Assembly: GCA_964463285.1 (NCBI GenBank)
Contig: CAYXBB010000001.1
Span: 1 to 62,289, forward strand
Source of the DNA: an uncultured Syntrophomonadaceae bacterium
GTDB taxonomy: Bacteria > Bacillota > Dethiobacteria > DTU022
Length of the DNA stretch: 62,289 nt
Direction: 5' to 3'
How positions within the stretch are numbered: position 1 is the stretch's first letter; every line of letters starts with the position of its first letter. Made by a program: the position numbers and the translations under genes. Positions 1 through 8,602 of this stretch are shown piece after piece. The notes beneath the pieces are model-generated. The model worked only from the letters and a program-made list of their open reading frames with translations, was not told the DNA's origin and did not search any database.

Positions 1-321
1 GAAATTGCTTTCATCACGGTATAATCCCAAATGCCCTACCCTGGCAGTAGGGATAACGGTTAGAAAACCCTCCACCATACCCAGGCCGGCTCTAAATACC
101 GGCAGCAAAACCACCTCTTCTTGCAAAACTTTACCGGTGATGGGCGCCAACGGGGTTTCCACTTTTTGATCTCTTAAAGACAAATCGGCGGTTATTTCGT
201 AAGTCATTAAAATTGACAGCTCTTTTAACAGTTCCCTGAACTGTTTGGGTTTAGTATGCTTGTCCCTCAACAGGGTTACCTTATGCTGTACCAAAGGATG
301 CTTTATAAGCCTAATATTCAA
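1..321 (-). CDS. upp: Uracil phosphoribosyltransferase, N-terminal part; runs off the window edge
   Basis: Not in the ORF track. Manual translation from TTG at 321 (RBS TAAGGAGG): MNIRLIKHPLVQHKVTLLRDKHTKPKQFRELL...VLLPVFRAGLGMVEG...ARVGHLGLYRDE. Confidence 0.93.
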   Translation of the reverse strand, partial: MNIRLIKHPLVQHKVTLLRDKHTKPKQFRELLKELSILMTYEITADLSLRDQKVETPLAPITGKVLQEEVVLLPVFRAGLGMVEGFLTVIPTARVGHLGLYRDESNF

Positions 322-428
322 CTTGGCAGTTGCCTCCTTAATTAAATCCAGTAAAACTTTCCACCGGCAGATATGAAACAAAATGCTTTATTAATAATAA
401 TATAACCGGTTTAAGGGAGCAATTAAAA

Positions 429-459
429 TTTTAGAAGGTATCCAAAGTTTTAGAAGGTA
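429..459. repeat. Two exact 12-bp direct repeats TTTTAGAAGGTA (429-440, 448-459) upstream of upp
   Basis: Read directly from the sequence; 19-bp period. Confidence 0.7.
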
Positions 460-497
460 AATCGATCACCATTAAGTAAACGTACCATCTATAAATG

Positions 498-1148
498 CTA
501 ATCGAGACAATATGATCGGGTTAAATTACCGTGTGTAGAATCCCGGAGCTTCAGTTCAATTTCAATCTGTTTAATAACCGGCCCCGGATCCACCACGGTC
601 ACTTCTAAAGTTAACCTGTCAACCGCATCCGGTGATATTTCAGGGAAGAATCGGTCTATAAATTTCTGGTCGGGAGAAACAGTTTCAAAATGTATTTTAT
701 AGCCTTCTCCATTTTCCGGCACTAACTTGAATCGGGCAAAATCACCCTGCACAGCCTTAATAACTTCCGCGGGATGAGTGACAAAACTATTCAGGCTGTT
801 TAATTGAACTTTTTCTGCGGCTTGCCATTTCGTTTCATCTTCCGGTTTAACATAGAGTTTTCCGTCCTTACGGTGTACTTCCAGATGATGATCCCCGAGT
901 TTCCCCTTGATATCGTTACAATTTAAAATTTCACCTTTGAATATAAGCTGGTACCCCGGGGAATATTCTTCAATTACTAGGAGGTAACTTGCTCGCCCCT
1001 TCAATTCCTGCAAAGTGTTTTTTAATAGTTCCGGAGCGGTGGCCGGAAGGGAAAATCGAAAGATCAGCAAACCGAAAATAAATATGGCTACCATTCCCAG
1101 GAATACCATAAATAGTTTCTCTGGAATCCTGGTTTGCAATCTTCTCAT
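498..1148 (-). CDS. Hypothetical membrane-anchored protein (N-terminal TM helix; possibly LolA/LppX-like fold)
   Basis: 216-aa ORF, RBS GGAG, hydrophobic LFMVFLGMVAIFIFGLLIF followed by a soluble domain. Confidence 0.7.
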   Translation of the reverse strand: MRRLQTRIPEKLFMVFLGMVAIFIFGLLIFRFSLPATAPELLKNTLQELKGRASYLLVIEEYSPGYQLIFKGEILNCNDIKGKLGDHHLEVHRKDGKLYVKPEDETKWQAAEKVQLNSLNSFVTHPAEVIKAVQGDFARFKLVPENGEGYKIHFETVSPDQKFIDRFFPEISPDAVDRLTLEVTVVDPGPVIKQIEIELKLRDSTHGNLTRSYCLD

Positions 1149-1183
1149 ATAATCCCGCTCCTAATTTAAAAATCTTGCCACTC

Positions 1184-1212
1184 AATATATTCAGGGTCGG
1201 GCAAGAATATGC
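1184..1212 (-). promoter_or_regulatory. Putative sigma-E promoter for the 216-aa gene
   Basis: Minus strand GCATATT-N14-AATATATT, matching sigma-E spacing. Confidence 0.5.
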
Positions 1213-1275
1213 TTAGTCGCCGGGATTTATACTCCTAAATACTAAAATTAGCTTCCGGAAGCCTGTCTGATACTA

Positions 1276-2706
1276 TCACCTTTTTACTCCTTTTATAACT
1301 GCCACTGGGAATAACCGGGCCACCTTTTTGGTAAAACCTATCTCTACAAATGTATCGATTACCGCCTCAATATCTTTATAAGCCTGGGGAGCCTCATCTA
1401 AAAATACCTTGTGGTTCCGCCCCGGTATTAAAACCTCCTTCATCGAATCCTTGAACTCATTCAAATTTATTTTCCGACGGGCGGCTCTTCGCGAAAGCAC
1501 CCTTCCTGCACCATGGTTTACCGAGTAAAATGCCTCTGCCACCTTATCTTTTGCCAACATAACATACGAGGAGGTTCCCATACTTCCCGGGATCAGTATC
1601 GGGTGGCCGGTAGATCGATATGGCGGGGGATTACCGGGATGTTCCGGGGGTAAAGCCCTTACCGCTCCCTTGCGGTGAATCAATACCCGCCTATGGTTAA
1701 TTGTTTCGAACTTGGCGATATTGTGTGCCACGTCATAAACCAGCCCCAGATCGTAGCTGCTGTCTTTTCCCCCCAATACAGAGGCAAAAGATTTTCGCAC
1801 ATCGTCAGTGATCCACTGACGGTTGCAAAAAGCAAAATTCACCGCACAGGCCATTGCCGCCAGGTAGCTTTCTCCCTGGGAGGATTTAATCGGCACCGCC
1901 GACAGGCCGGCAGTAGGTATTTCAAGTTTTAACCTGGCAGCGGCGGCCAGCATTTTCGATGAATAGTCTGTGCAGATCTGGTGACCAAAGCCCCTGCTCC
2001 CGGTATGAATTAGCACGGTGAGCATGCCTGCTTGCAGCCCCAGCAGAGAGGCAGCTTGATGATCAAATTCCTCCGCTACCAAACCCAACTCGATAAAATG
2101 GTTGCCTCCACCAATCGTGGAAAGCTGTTCTCCCCGCTCGATAGCTTCCCGGCTGACCGCGTCCAGATCGGCACCTGCAAATGCTCCGCCTTCTTCAATA
2201 TAAAGTCCGTCTTCGGGGCGTCCGAAACCCAGTTCCAACAGGTGAGGCACTCCCAGGTGCACCAGTTGGCGAAAATGTTGTTTTATCAAGGCGGCATGTT
2301 TGCTTTTTTCCCCTATCCCGCTGGGAACCCGTTTTGCGATGTCATTTATGAGCCTTCTTAAAATCGGCTTGTCAACCATGCCGGCTTCGATATTGGTTCT
2401 GAGCAGCCGGACCCCGCAATTGATATCCATCCCTACCGCTCCCGCTGAAACCAGGCCCCGGGCGGCGTCCATGGCTGCTACCCCTCCTATAGGCAGGCCA
2501 AATCCAGTATGGATGTCCGGCATCCCTATAACCGGTTCCAGCACACCGGGCAGCGCGGCCGCATCCATTAACTGTTGTAGGGATTCGAGTTCGGAAAATG
2601 ATTGGTAAAGCTCCCGGTTCAAATAAACCATCGCCGACACATTCATCGATCCCTGCTGCGGGATCCGGTAGCGATTCGGCCCCGCTGCTTGTAACAAGGT
2701 TGCCAT
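1276..2706 (-). CDS. rtcB: RNA-splicing/repair ligase RtcB (archaeal-type length)
   Basis: Motifs PDIHTG, DINCG, GGNHF, HTGSRGFGH, HNIAK, HRKGA, HGAGR, DEAPQAYK all intact; start placed at ATG 2706 after RBS GGAG. Confidence 0.95.
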   Translation of the reverse strand: MATLLQAAGPNRYRIPQQGSMNVSAMVYLNRELYQSFSELESLQQLMDAAALPGVLEPVIGMPDIHTGFGLPIGGVAAMDAARGLVSAGAVGMDINCGVRLLRTNIEAGMVDKPILRRLINDIAKRVPSGIGEKSKHAALIKQHFRQLVHLGVPHLLELGFGRPEDGLYIEEGGAFAGADLDAVSREAIERGEQLSTIGGGNHFIELGLVAEEFDHQAASLLGLQAGMLTVLIHTGSRGFGHQICTDYSSKMLAAAARLKLEIPTAGLSAVPIKSSQGESYLAAMACAVNFAFCNRQWITDDVRKSFASVLGGKDSSYDLGLVYDVAHNIAKFETINHRRVLIHRKGAVRALPPEHPGNPPPYRSTGHPILIPGSMGTSSYVMLAKDKVAEAFYSVNHGAGRVLSRRAARRKINLNEFKDSMKEVLIPGRNHKVFLDEAPQAYKDIEAVIDTFVEIGFTKKVARLFPVAVIKGVKR

Positions 2707-2732
2707 GATCATCTCCTTCCCCCCCACCTAAT

Positions 2733-2868
2733 GGAGGTAACGGAGGGACGGTTCCTTTGTACATTTTCTCAAAAGGTTTTTTGTTCTGGTAATGTAAGCA
2801 TTATAATGTAAATGTAAGGGAATCTTTCCTGAGCTACCGCACAAAAGAACCGTCCCTCCGTTACCTCC
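2733..2868. repeat. 136-bp element bounded by 28-bp inverted repeats (27/28 match); REP/MITE-like
   Basis: GGAGGTAACGGAGGGACGGTTCCTTTGT (2733-2760) and ACAAAAGAACCGTCCCTCCGTTACCTCC (2841-2868). Confidence 0.85.
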
Positions 2869-2872
2869 TGTT

Positions 2873-3661
2873 TCAAGGAAGGCGATCCACGATTTTCGTC
2901 AATTCGGGTAGAAAATCATCGTTAGTCAGGTTAAAACAAACCGGAGTTATGGAAATGTACCTATCCATTACCGCCTGGACATCGGTTCCTTCACCGTTCT
3001 TTTCTTCCACCAGCTCGCCTGCCAACCAGTAATAAACCCGTCCCCGGGGGTCGGTTCTTCGCTCAAAAACATTGCGGTATCTTCTGCGCCCAAGCACCGT
3101 AGCTTTTACACCTTTTATGTCGTGTGTACCACTTGCAGGAATGTTTATATTAAGCAGGGTTCCGGAAGGAATTCTGGATTTCAAAATATGGGGCAACAGG
3201 CGGCGAATGAAACCTGCACCATATGAAAAATCATCCCCTTCGGTAAGTGATACCGCCAGCGAAGGAATACCCAGAATTATTCCTTCTACCGCCGCCGATA
3301 CCGTTCCCGAATATAGAACATCGGTGCCCAGGTTTGAACCGCGATTAATTCCCGAGATTACCAATCGGGGTTTTTCTGGAAGGATGGCCTCCACTGCCAG
3401 TTTAACGCAGTCGGAAGGAGTGCCGTTAACAGACCATCCTTCCAGCTCCGGGTTATGTAAAAACCGTATTTTCTCCGCCCTTAATGGACGGTGCATGGTT
3501 ATAGCATGTCCTACTGCACTCTGCTCATGGTTGGGTGCTACTACCAGGATATCATAACGGAGGTTTTCCGGGGGTGGGAAAAGTGTTTGACAGAGCACCT
3601 GAATCCCTTCGGCAAAGACACCATCGTCATTGGTAATTAAAATTGTTCCTGCCATAGGCAA
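2873..3661 (-). CDS. surE: 5'/3'-nucleotidase SurE
   Basis: ILITNDDG, APNHEQSAVGH, GTPSDCV, SGINRGSNLG, YSGTVSAA. Confidence 0.96.
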   Translation of the reverse strand: MPMAGTILITNDDGVFAEGIQVLCQTLFPPPENLRYDILVVAPNHEQSAVGHAITMHRPLRAEKIRFLHNPELEGWSVNGTPSDCVKLAVEAILPEKPRLVISGINRGSNLGTDVLYSGTVSAAVEGIILGIPSLAVSLTEGDDFSYGAGFIRRLLPHILKSRIPSGTLLNINIPASGTHDIKGVKATVLGRRRYRNVFERRTDPRGRVYYWLAGELVEEKNGEGTDVQAVMDRYISITPVCFNLTNDDFLPELTKIVDRLP

Positions 3662-3676
3662 ACTAAACCTCCTGCT

Positions 3677-4984
3677 TTATCTGCTCTTTACCCCGGTAAG
3701 CCGGTAAGCCCGCCTGGAAGCCTCAAACATGATCCGTTCCTCGTCCAGCACTGTCAATTGTCCGTTATCTACCAGGATCTGTCCGTCCACCATTACCAAC
3801 GAAACATCGGCGGCGGCGGCAGTATAAACCAGGTGAGCCAGCGGATCGAAGATCGGTTTCAGGTGAGGGGCGTTGCTTCTTATCCCTACCAGATCAGCCC
3901 GGTAGCCTTCCTTTAATTTACCCAGGCGGGGAATCCTTAGAACCTCTGCTCCCTCGGAGGTGGCCATCTTCAGAGCCACTTTGGCCGGTATGACAGTAGG
4001 ATCCTGATGAACACCCTTTGACAGCAACGCAGCCAGAGAAATTTCCTCCCACATATCCAGGTTGTTGTTGCTGCCGGCACCGTCAGTTCCTAGAGCCACC
4101 TTAATCCCCGCCTGCAAAAGGGCAGTCAGAGGTGCTATGCCGCTGCCTAGCTTTAAATTGCTTCCGGGATTATGGGCCACGCCTACCCCACGTCTTGCCA
4201 GTATGGGAATATCCTCTCCGCTTAAGTGCACACAATGAGCGGCTATAACTTCAAATTGAAACAGTCCAATATTTTCCATAAGCTCCACCGGTGTATAACC
4301 ATGTTCTTTGCGGCATCTTTCCACCTCCCCCGAGGTTTCGGAAAGGTGGATCTGCAACGGGCGCCCGGTTTGGGAAGCAAGGTCCATTACTTTTTCTAAG
4401 AATTTGGGGGGACAGGTATAAGGAGCGTGCGGGCCCAGCGCGGTATTTATTCGCCCGTTTTCCTTACCCTGCCAGTTATTTATCAGGTTTTTGGCCTCTT
4501 TTATCATTTTTCCTCCAGCCAGGCCCACTCCGGCCAGGCCCCGGGAAAGCATTGCCCGAATCTTGCTTTCCGCCACCGCTTCCGCTACCCGATCCATAAA
4601 AAAGTACATATCGGTAAAGGTGGTTGTTCCACCTTTTAACATTTCGGCGATTGCCAGCAAGGTGCCCCAGTAAACATCATCGCTGGTGAGGGAGTTTTCT
4701 GCCGGCCAGATTTTGTCTTCCAGCCATCTCATCAGGGGAAGATCATCGGCATAGCCCCGAAACAAAGTCATCGCTGCATGACCGTGAGTGTTGATCAACC
4801 CGGGTAGCACTATTAGGTTATTGCCCTCAATTACCCGGTCGGCCCGATTTGGATCTATCAGTTCCGGGCGGGCGACAATGGCGGCAATGTTATCTTCTTC
4901 CACCAGCAAATCACCGCAAAAGTGCTCCGGTTGCTGATCATCCATGGTCACGATAGTAGCCCCGGTTATCAATACACTTTTCAA
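3677..4984 (-). CDS. mtaD: 5'-methylthioadenosine/S-adenosylhomocysteine (5'-deoxyadenosine) deaminase, amidohydrolase family
   Basis: NTHGHAAMTLFRG, PHAPYTC, IHLSET, SNLKLGSG, GTDG motifs; adjacent to mtnA and mtnP. Confidence 0.85.
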   Translation of the reverse strand: MKSVLITGATIVTMDDQQPEHFCGDLLVEEDNIAAIVARPELIDPNRADRVIEGNNLIVLPGLINTHGHAAMTLFRGYADDLPLMRWLEDKIWPAENSLTSDDVYWGTLLAIAEMLKGGTTTFTDMYFFMDRVAEAVAESKIRAMLSRGLAGVGLAGGKMIKEAKNLINNWQGKENGRINTALGPHAPYTCPPKFLEKVMDLASQTGRPLQIHLSETSGEVERCRKEHGYTPVELMENIGLFQFEVIAAHCVHLSGEDIPILARRGVGVAHNPGSNLKLGSGIAPLTALLQAGIKVALGTDGAGSNNNLDMWEEISLAALLSKGVHQDPTVIPAKVALKMATSEGAEVLRIPRLGKLKEGYRADLVGIRSNAPHLKPIFDPLAHLVYTAAAADVSLVMVDGQILVDNGQLTVLDEERIMFEASRRAYRLTGVKSR

Positions 4985-5001
4985 TAAAAGGCCTCCTTCA
5001 T

Positions 5002-6054
5002 CTATGTTTGGTTAAACAAGGAGTTGATTTTATCTTTATCAGGTTGTCGGATTACCCCTTTTTCGGTAATCAGAGCGTCAATCAGGTTTGAAGGGGTAAC
5101 ATCAAATGCCGGATTGTAGGCTTTTACACCCCCAGGGGCGACCGCCTTCCCTGAAAATATGGTTATTTCCTTAGAATCCCGTTCTTCAATTATAATGTTT
5201 TCGCCTGCAGGCAGGGAGCGATCGATGGTCGAGAGTGGTGCGGCTACATACAGCGGAATACGGTGGTAGCTAGCCAGTACCGCCAGAGAGTAGGTGCCGA
5301 TCTTGTTGGCGGTATCCCCGTTGGCAGCGATACGATCCGCCCCGACGATAACCAGGTCGATTTTCCGATTGGCCATCAGGTGGCCGGCACAGCTATCAGT
5401 AATCAAGGTAACCGGTATCCCCTCCTGCAAAAGCTCGAAGGAGGTTAAGCGAGCTCCCTGAAGGACCGGCCTGGTTTCTCCGGCAAAAACCCGGGGCCGT
5501 TTTCCTTGGTTAAAGGCCGATCTGATTATTCCCAGCGCTGTTCCATAACCTGCGGTGGCCAGCGCACCGGCATTACAGTGAGTGAGTATAGAGGATTCCG
5601 GTGGAACCAACTCCGCTCCCAAATCCCCCAGTCGGCGGTTTGCAGCTAGATCTTCTCGAAAAATGGACAGCGCTTCTTTTTCCAGCCCGGCAGCCAGTTT
5701 TGGCAAGTCCGGGGAGGTGTTTTCCTCCAGGCAGTTCATAATTCGTTGCACGCTCCAGCTTAGATTTACCGCAGTTGGCCGGGAACGGCATAGTTTAGCC
5801 GCCACGGCAGACAAATTTGAATCAAATTCCCGGCGGGTGAGCGCCTGTTTCCGTTCCGCCGCCTGGTAGGCAGCCAAGACCAGCCCAAAAGCGGCGCTGA
5901 CACCTATCGCCGGAGCGCCCCGGACCACCATGGTTTTTATAGCCTCCGCCACCTGTTCTGCTGAATAACAGGTATAGTAAACCACCTCTCCGGGAAGCAG
6001 GCGTTGGTCCAACAGCTTCAAACAACGTCCCTCCCAGCAGAGAGTATCCGGCAT
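5002..6054 (-). CDS. mtnA: S-methyl-5-thioribose-1-phosphate isomerase
   Basis: LDQRLLP, VRGAPAIG, RPTAVNL, THCNAGALAT, ETRP, GDTANKIGTY. Confidence 0.95.
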   Translation of the reverse strand: MPDTLCWEGRCLKLLDQRLLPGEVVYYTCYSAEQVAEAIKTMVVRGAPAIGVSAAFGLVLAAYQAAERKQALTRREFDSNLSAVAAKLCRSRPTAVNLSWSVQRIMNCLEENTSPDLPKLAAGLEKEALSIFREDLAANRRLGDLGAELVPPESSILTHCNAGALATAGYGTALGIIRSAFNQGKRPRVFAGETRPVLQGARLTSFELLQEGIPVTLITDSCAGHLMANRKIDLVIVGADRIAANGDTANKIGTYSLAVLASYHRIPLYVAAPLSTIDRSLPAGENIIIEERDSKEITIFSGKAVAPGGVKAYNPAFDVTPSNLIDALITEKGVIRQPDKDKINSLFNQT

Positions 6055-6873
6055 TTATATCCCTTCTTCCTGATCTTCGGGATCCGCCGGCCAATGGCTG
6101 CCTGCCTGCCGGCAGCCACAGGATCTCAATAACGGGATTTCAGCCAAACAGCCCATCAGCAATAGATCTAGATCTGCTTTCCCTTGAGCCATAACTTCCA
6201 ACACTTCTTCGTGAGTTAAAGGATAGGAAGAGATGCCGGCGGCATAATTTGTTACCAGAGCTATGGCCGCATAACATAAACCGGCCTCCCGGGCCAGGAT
6301 AACCTCTGGAACGTTGGTCATCCCCACCACCTCCGCACCCAGGTAGGTAAATGCTTTTATTTCGGCAGGAGTTTCAAAACGCGGCCCCTGCGTACAGATA
6401 TAGCAGCCCCCGTCTATTACCGGCTGGTTCAAATAGCGGCCTGCCCTGATTATGGCAGCTCGCAACTCCGGGCAGTAGGGTTCAGTAAAATCAGTATGCA
6501 CCACCTGACCGTCCTGGCCATCATAAAAGGTGGAAGGGCGCCCCCTGGTAAAATCGATAAACTGATCTATAACTATCTTGCTTCCCGGGGGCATGTTTTC
6601 GTTCATGCTTCCTACCGCGGCAGTGGCTATTACTACTTCGATCCCCAACTTCTTTAAGGCGGCGATATTGGCGCGGTAGTTAACCAGGTGGGGAGGCGCC
6701 GAGTGCCGGTAACCGTGCCGGGCCAAAAAATAAATTTCTTGTTGCCGGTACTGTCCCGAATGTAACAGCACCTCACCGTACCTGGTAGAAATCGTCAACT
6801 CCCGGCGTTCTGTCAGTATGGATTGCTCGTAGACTCCAGTTCCGCCGATAAATGCTATTTTTTGCCGGTCCAT
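6055..6873 (-). CDS. mtnP: MTAP-family nucleoside phosphorylase, probably 6-oxopurine/methylthioinosine-specific
   Basis: IGGTG, LARHG, VNYRANI, GPRFETPAE, VGMT; substrate motif TNYA instead of TDYD. Confidence 0.85.
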   Translation of the reverse strand: MDRQKIAFIGGTGVYEQSILTERRELTISTRYGEVLLHSGQYRQQEIYFLARHGYRHSAPPHLVNYRANIAALKKLGIEVVIATAAVGSMNENMPPGSKIVIDQFIDFTRGRPSTFYDGQDGQVVHTDFTEPYCPELRAAIIRAGRYLNQPVIDGGCYICTQGPRFETPAEIKAFTYLGAEVVGMTNVPEVILAREAGLCYAAIALVTNYAAGISSYPLTHEEVLEVMAQGKADLDLLLMGCLAEIPLLRSCGCRQAGSHWPADPEDQEEGI

Positions 6874-6913
6874 CTGAAACCTCCCTCATTGCAAGCTATT
6901 CTAAACTTAATCA

Positions 6914-6936
6914 ATAAAAGCAGCCTTGAGCTGCTT
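6914..6936 (-). terminator. Intrinsic terminator-like hairpin after the TPR gene
   Basis: Minus strand AAGCAGC-TCAAG-GCTGCTT followed by TTATT. Confidence 0.5.
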
Positions 6937-7008
6937 GGCAAAGCCCCCTTGATCTATGTTTCGGTTTGTGAGGGTAAAATCCTGCCAAAAAGAAGAGATC
7001 GGCGAGTT

Positions 7009-8004
7009 TTAAGATTTTTGCTTTAACAGGCGGCGAGTCATTAGTCCGTAATGCCGGGCACGGTTTTTTCTTCCCAGCCGGTGGTAAATAAACGCCAGTT
7101 CAAAGGTAATTAACGGCTCCAGGGGATTGATGTTATACGCTCGTTCCAGCGCCTGCAGGGCCTCCGTGTAGCGCTCCAGGAAACCGTAGGCCTTGCCCCG
7201 GTGCAACTCTGCCTCCCAATCCGCGGGAGAAAGTTCTATAACTCGATTGAAATTTTCCACCGCTTCCCAGTAGCGTTGCAGGTTGTAATTAATTGCTGCC
7301 CGATTAAACCAGGGCTCAACAAGATCCGGTTCCTCCTCCGTGGCTTTTATAAAGTAGGGTAAAGCCAGGCGGTATCGTTCCCCGGCAGCCAGAATCACCC
7401 CTAAAGTGTTAAAAGCCATTCCGCGGATAAAATGATCCTCTTCCAGGGCCAGTACCAGTTTGAGCTCTTTAAAAGCTTCTTCGGTCTTGCCCAACTGGGC
7501 ACAGGCTATCCCCAAACAGAAATGACCCAGAATAAAATTGGGCTGCTGGCAGGTAACATTTTTAAATTCCTTGGTTGCTTCATCTACCATGGACAACCCC
7601 CAGAAACCCATCGCTTTTCTAAAAGATGTAATCGCCACCTCGCCGGTTAAACTTTTAAATTCATCTTCTTTCTGGATCTCATGGATCGAGTCGATTCCTT
7701 GATAATTGAGATCCTCGGCGCTATCTCCCGGCTTTCGTTCAAATACCGGCAGGTCTTCCATATCCAGTTCAAGTTCCATAAAACCAGGAGGAAAGCTATC
7801 AGGCAAGGAAAGTGAAAAACGCTCCTGGATCTGGTTAACCCTTTCTTCAAATTTAATCCAGTATTGCACACATTTATCCATGGTATTTCTTAAAGAGATC
7901 AGGGTATCAATGGTTTCCTGCCTCCGGGAATCATCGATCTCACCGGACAGTTCTTGTTCTATAGATGACAACGCTTCAAAAATGGCTGTAAATGTAGAAA
8001 ACAT
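7009..8004 (-). CDS. Tetratricopeptide repeat protein with an N-terminal helical domain
   Basis: Repeated TPR-like helices (GIACAQLGKTEEAFKEL, WFNRAAINYNLQRYWEAV, HRGKAYGFLERYTEAL); start ATG 8004. Confidence 0.8.
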   Translation of the reverse strand: MFSTFTAIFEALSSIEQELSGEIDDSRRQETIDTLISLRNTMDKCVQYWIKFEERVNQIQERFSLSLPDSFPPGFMELELDMEDLPVFERKPGDSAEDLNYQGIDSIHEIQKEDEFKSLTGEVAITSFRKAMGFWGLSMVDEATKEFKNVTCQQPNFILGHFCLGIACAQLGKTEEAFKELKLVLALEEDHFIRGMAFNTLGVILAAGERYRLALPYFIKATEEEPDLVEPWFNRAAINYNLQRYWEAVENFNRVIELSPADWEAELHRGKAYGFLERYTEALQALERAYNINPLEPLITFELAFIYHRLGRKNRARHYGLMTRRLLKQKS

Positions 8005-8127
8005 CCGCAATCCCTACCTGTAAAATTTGTTTTTGCCCTTTTTACTCCCTAATGATATTGTAAGAAACAACGCTAAAAAAATCTAACGAGGCCGCTGTGT
8101 CAACTCCTATAAAACCTTACCCAGCAG

Positions 8128-8156
8128 TTGACGCTAATTTTAAAATGCGCTATACT
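8128..8156 (+). promoter_or_regulatory. Sigma-A promoter of tRNA-Thr
   Basis: TTGACG-N17-TATACT. Confidence 0.8.
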
Positions 8157-8186
8157 ATTAATTGCCTTTCGGGGTTTTTTTATTCT

Positions 8187-8262
8187 GCCGACGTAGCTCA
8201 ATTGGCAGAGCAGCTGATTTGTAATCAGCAGGTTACCAGTTCAAGTCTGGTCGTCGGCTCCA
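8187..8262 (+). tRNA. tRNA-Thr (TGT)
   Basis: 76-nt cloverleaf, anticodon arm GCTGA-TTTGTAA-TCAGC, T-loop GTTCAAG, encoded CCA. Confidence 0.97.
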
Positions 8263-8327
8263 GTAACCTAAGGGTTTTCGGGCAGGGTGACGATATCACT
8301 GTCCGGTAACACACCCTGAAATAGGCT

Positions 8328-8356
8328 TTGACAACCCCCGCAAACTTTGCTAAAAT
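8328..8356 (+). promoter_or_regulatory. Sigma-A promoter of tRNA-Tyr/tRNA-Lys
   Basis: TTGACA-N17-TAAAAT. Confidence 0.85.
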
Positions 8357-8363
8357 ACGCGTG

Positions 8364-8390
8364 AGCTGATTTGTAGTTAGTAATTTACCA
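8364..8390 (+). repeat. Degenerate 27-nt copy of the tRNA-Thr anticodon arm (8212-8238) forming the tRNA-Tyr leader
   Basis: AGCTGATTTGTAGTTAGTAATTTACCA vs AGCTGATTTGTAATCAGCAGGTTACCA, 22/27 identical. Confidence 0.7.
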
Positions 8391-8391
8391 T

Positions 8392-8477
8392 GGAGAGGTA
8401 CCCAAGCTGGCCAAAGGGGGCAGACTGTAAATCTGCTGGCATCGCCTTCACTGGTTCGAATCCAGTCCTCTCCACCA
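8392..8477 (+). tRNA. tRNA-Tyr (GTA)
   Basis: 86 nt with long variable arm, anticodon arm GCAGA-CTGTAAA-TCTGC, encoded CCA. Confidence 0.97.
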
Positions 8478-8513
8478 ACGAACGTATGGCTGAAAAGCCA
8501 GCATATATTTAGT

Positions 8514-8589
8514 GGGCCATTAGCTCAGGTGGTAGAGCACCTGACTTTTAATCAGGGTGTCGAAGGTTCGAGTCCTTCATGGCTCACCA
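8514..8589 (+). tRNA. tRNA-Lys (TTT)
   Basis: 76 nt, anticodon arm CCTGA-CTTTTAA-TCAGG, encoded CCA. Confidence 0.97.
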
Positions 8590-8602
8590 GTATAAAACCA
8601 AT

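Noticed and set aside
1251-1262. Perfect palindrome GCTTCCGGAAGC after rtcB
   Set aside because: No loop, no U tract and a single occurrence; compatible with chance
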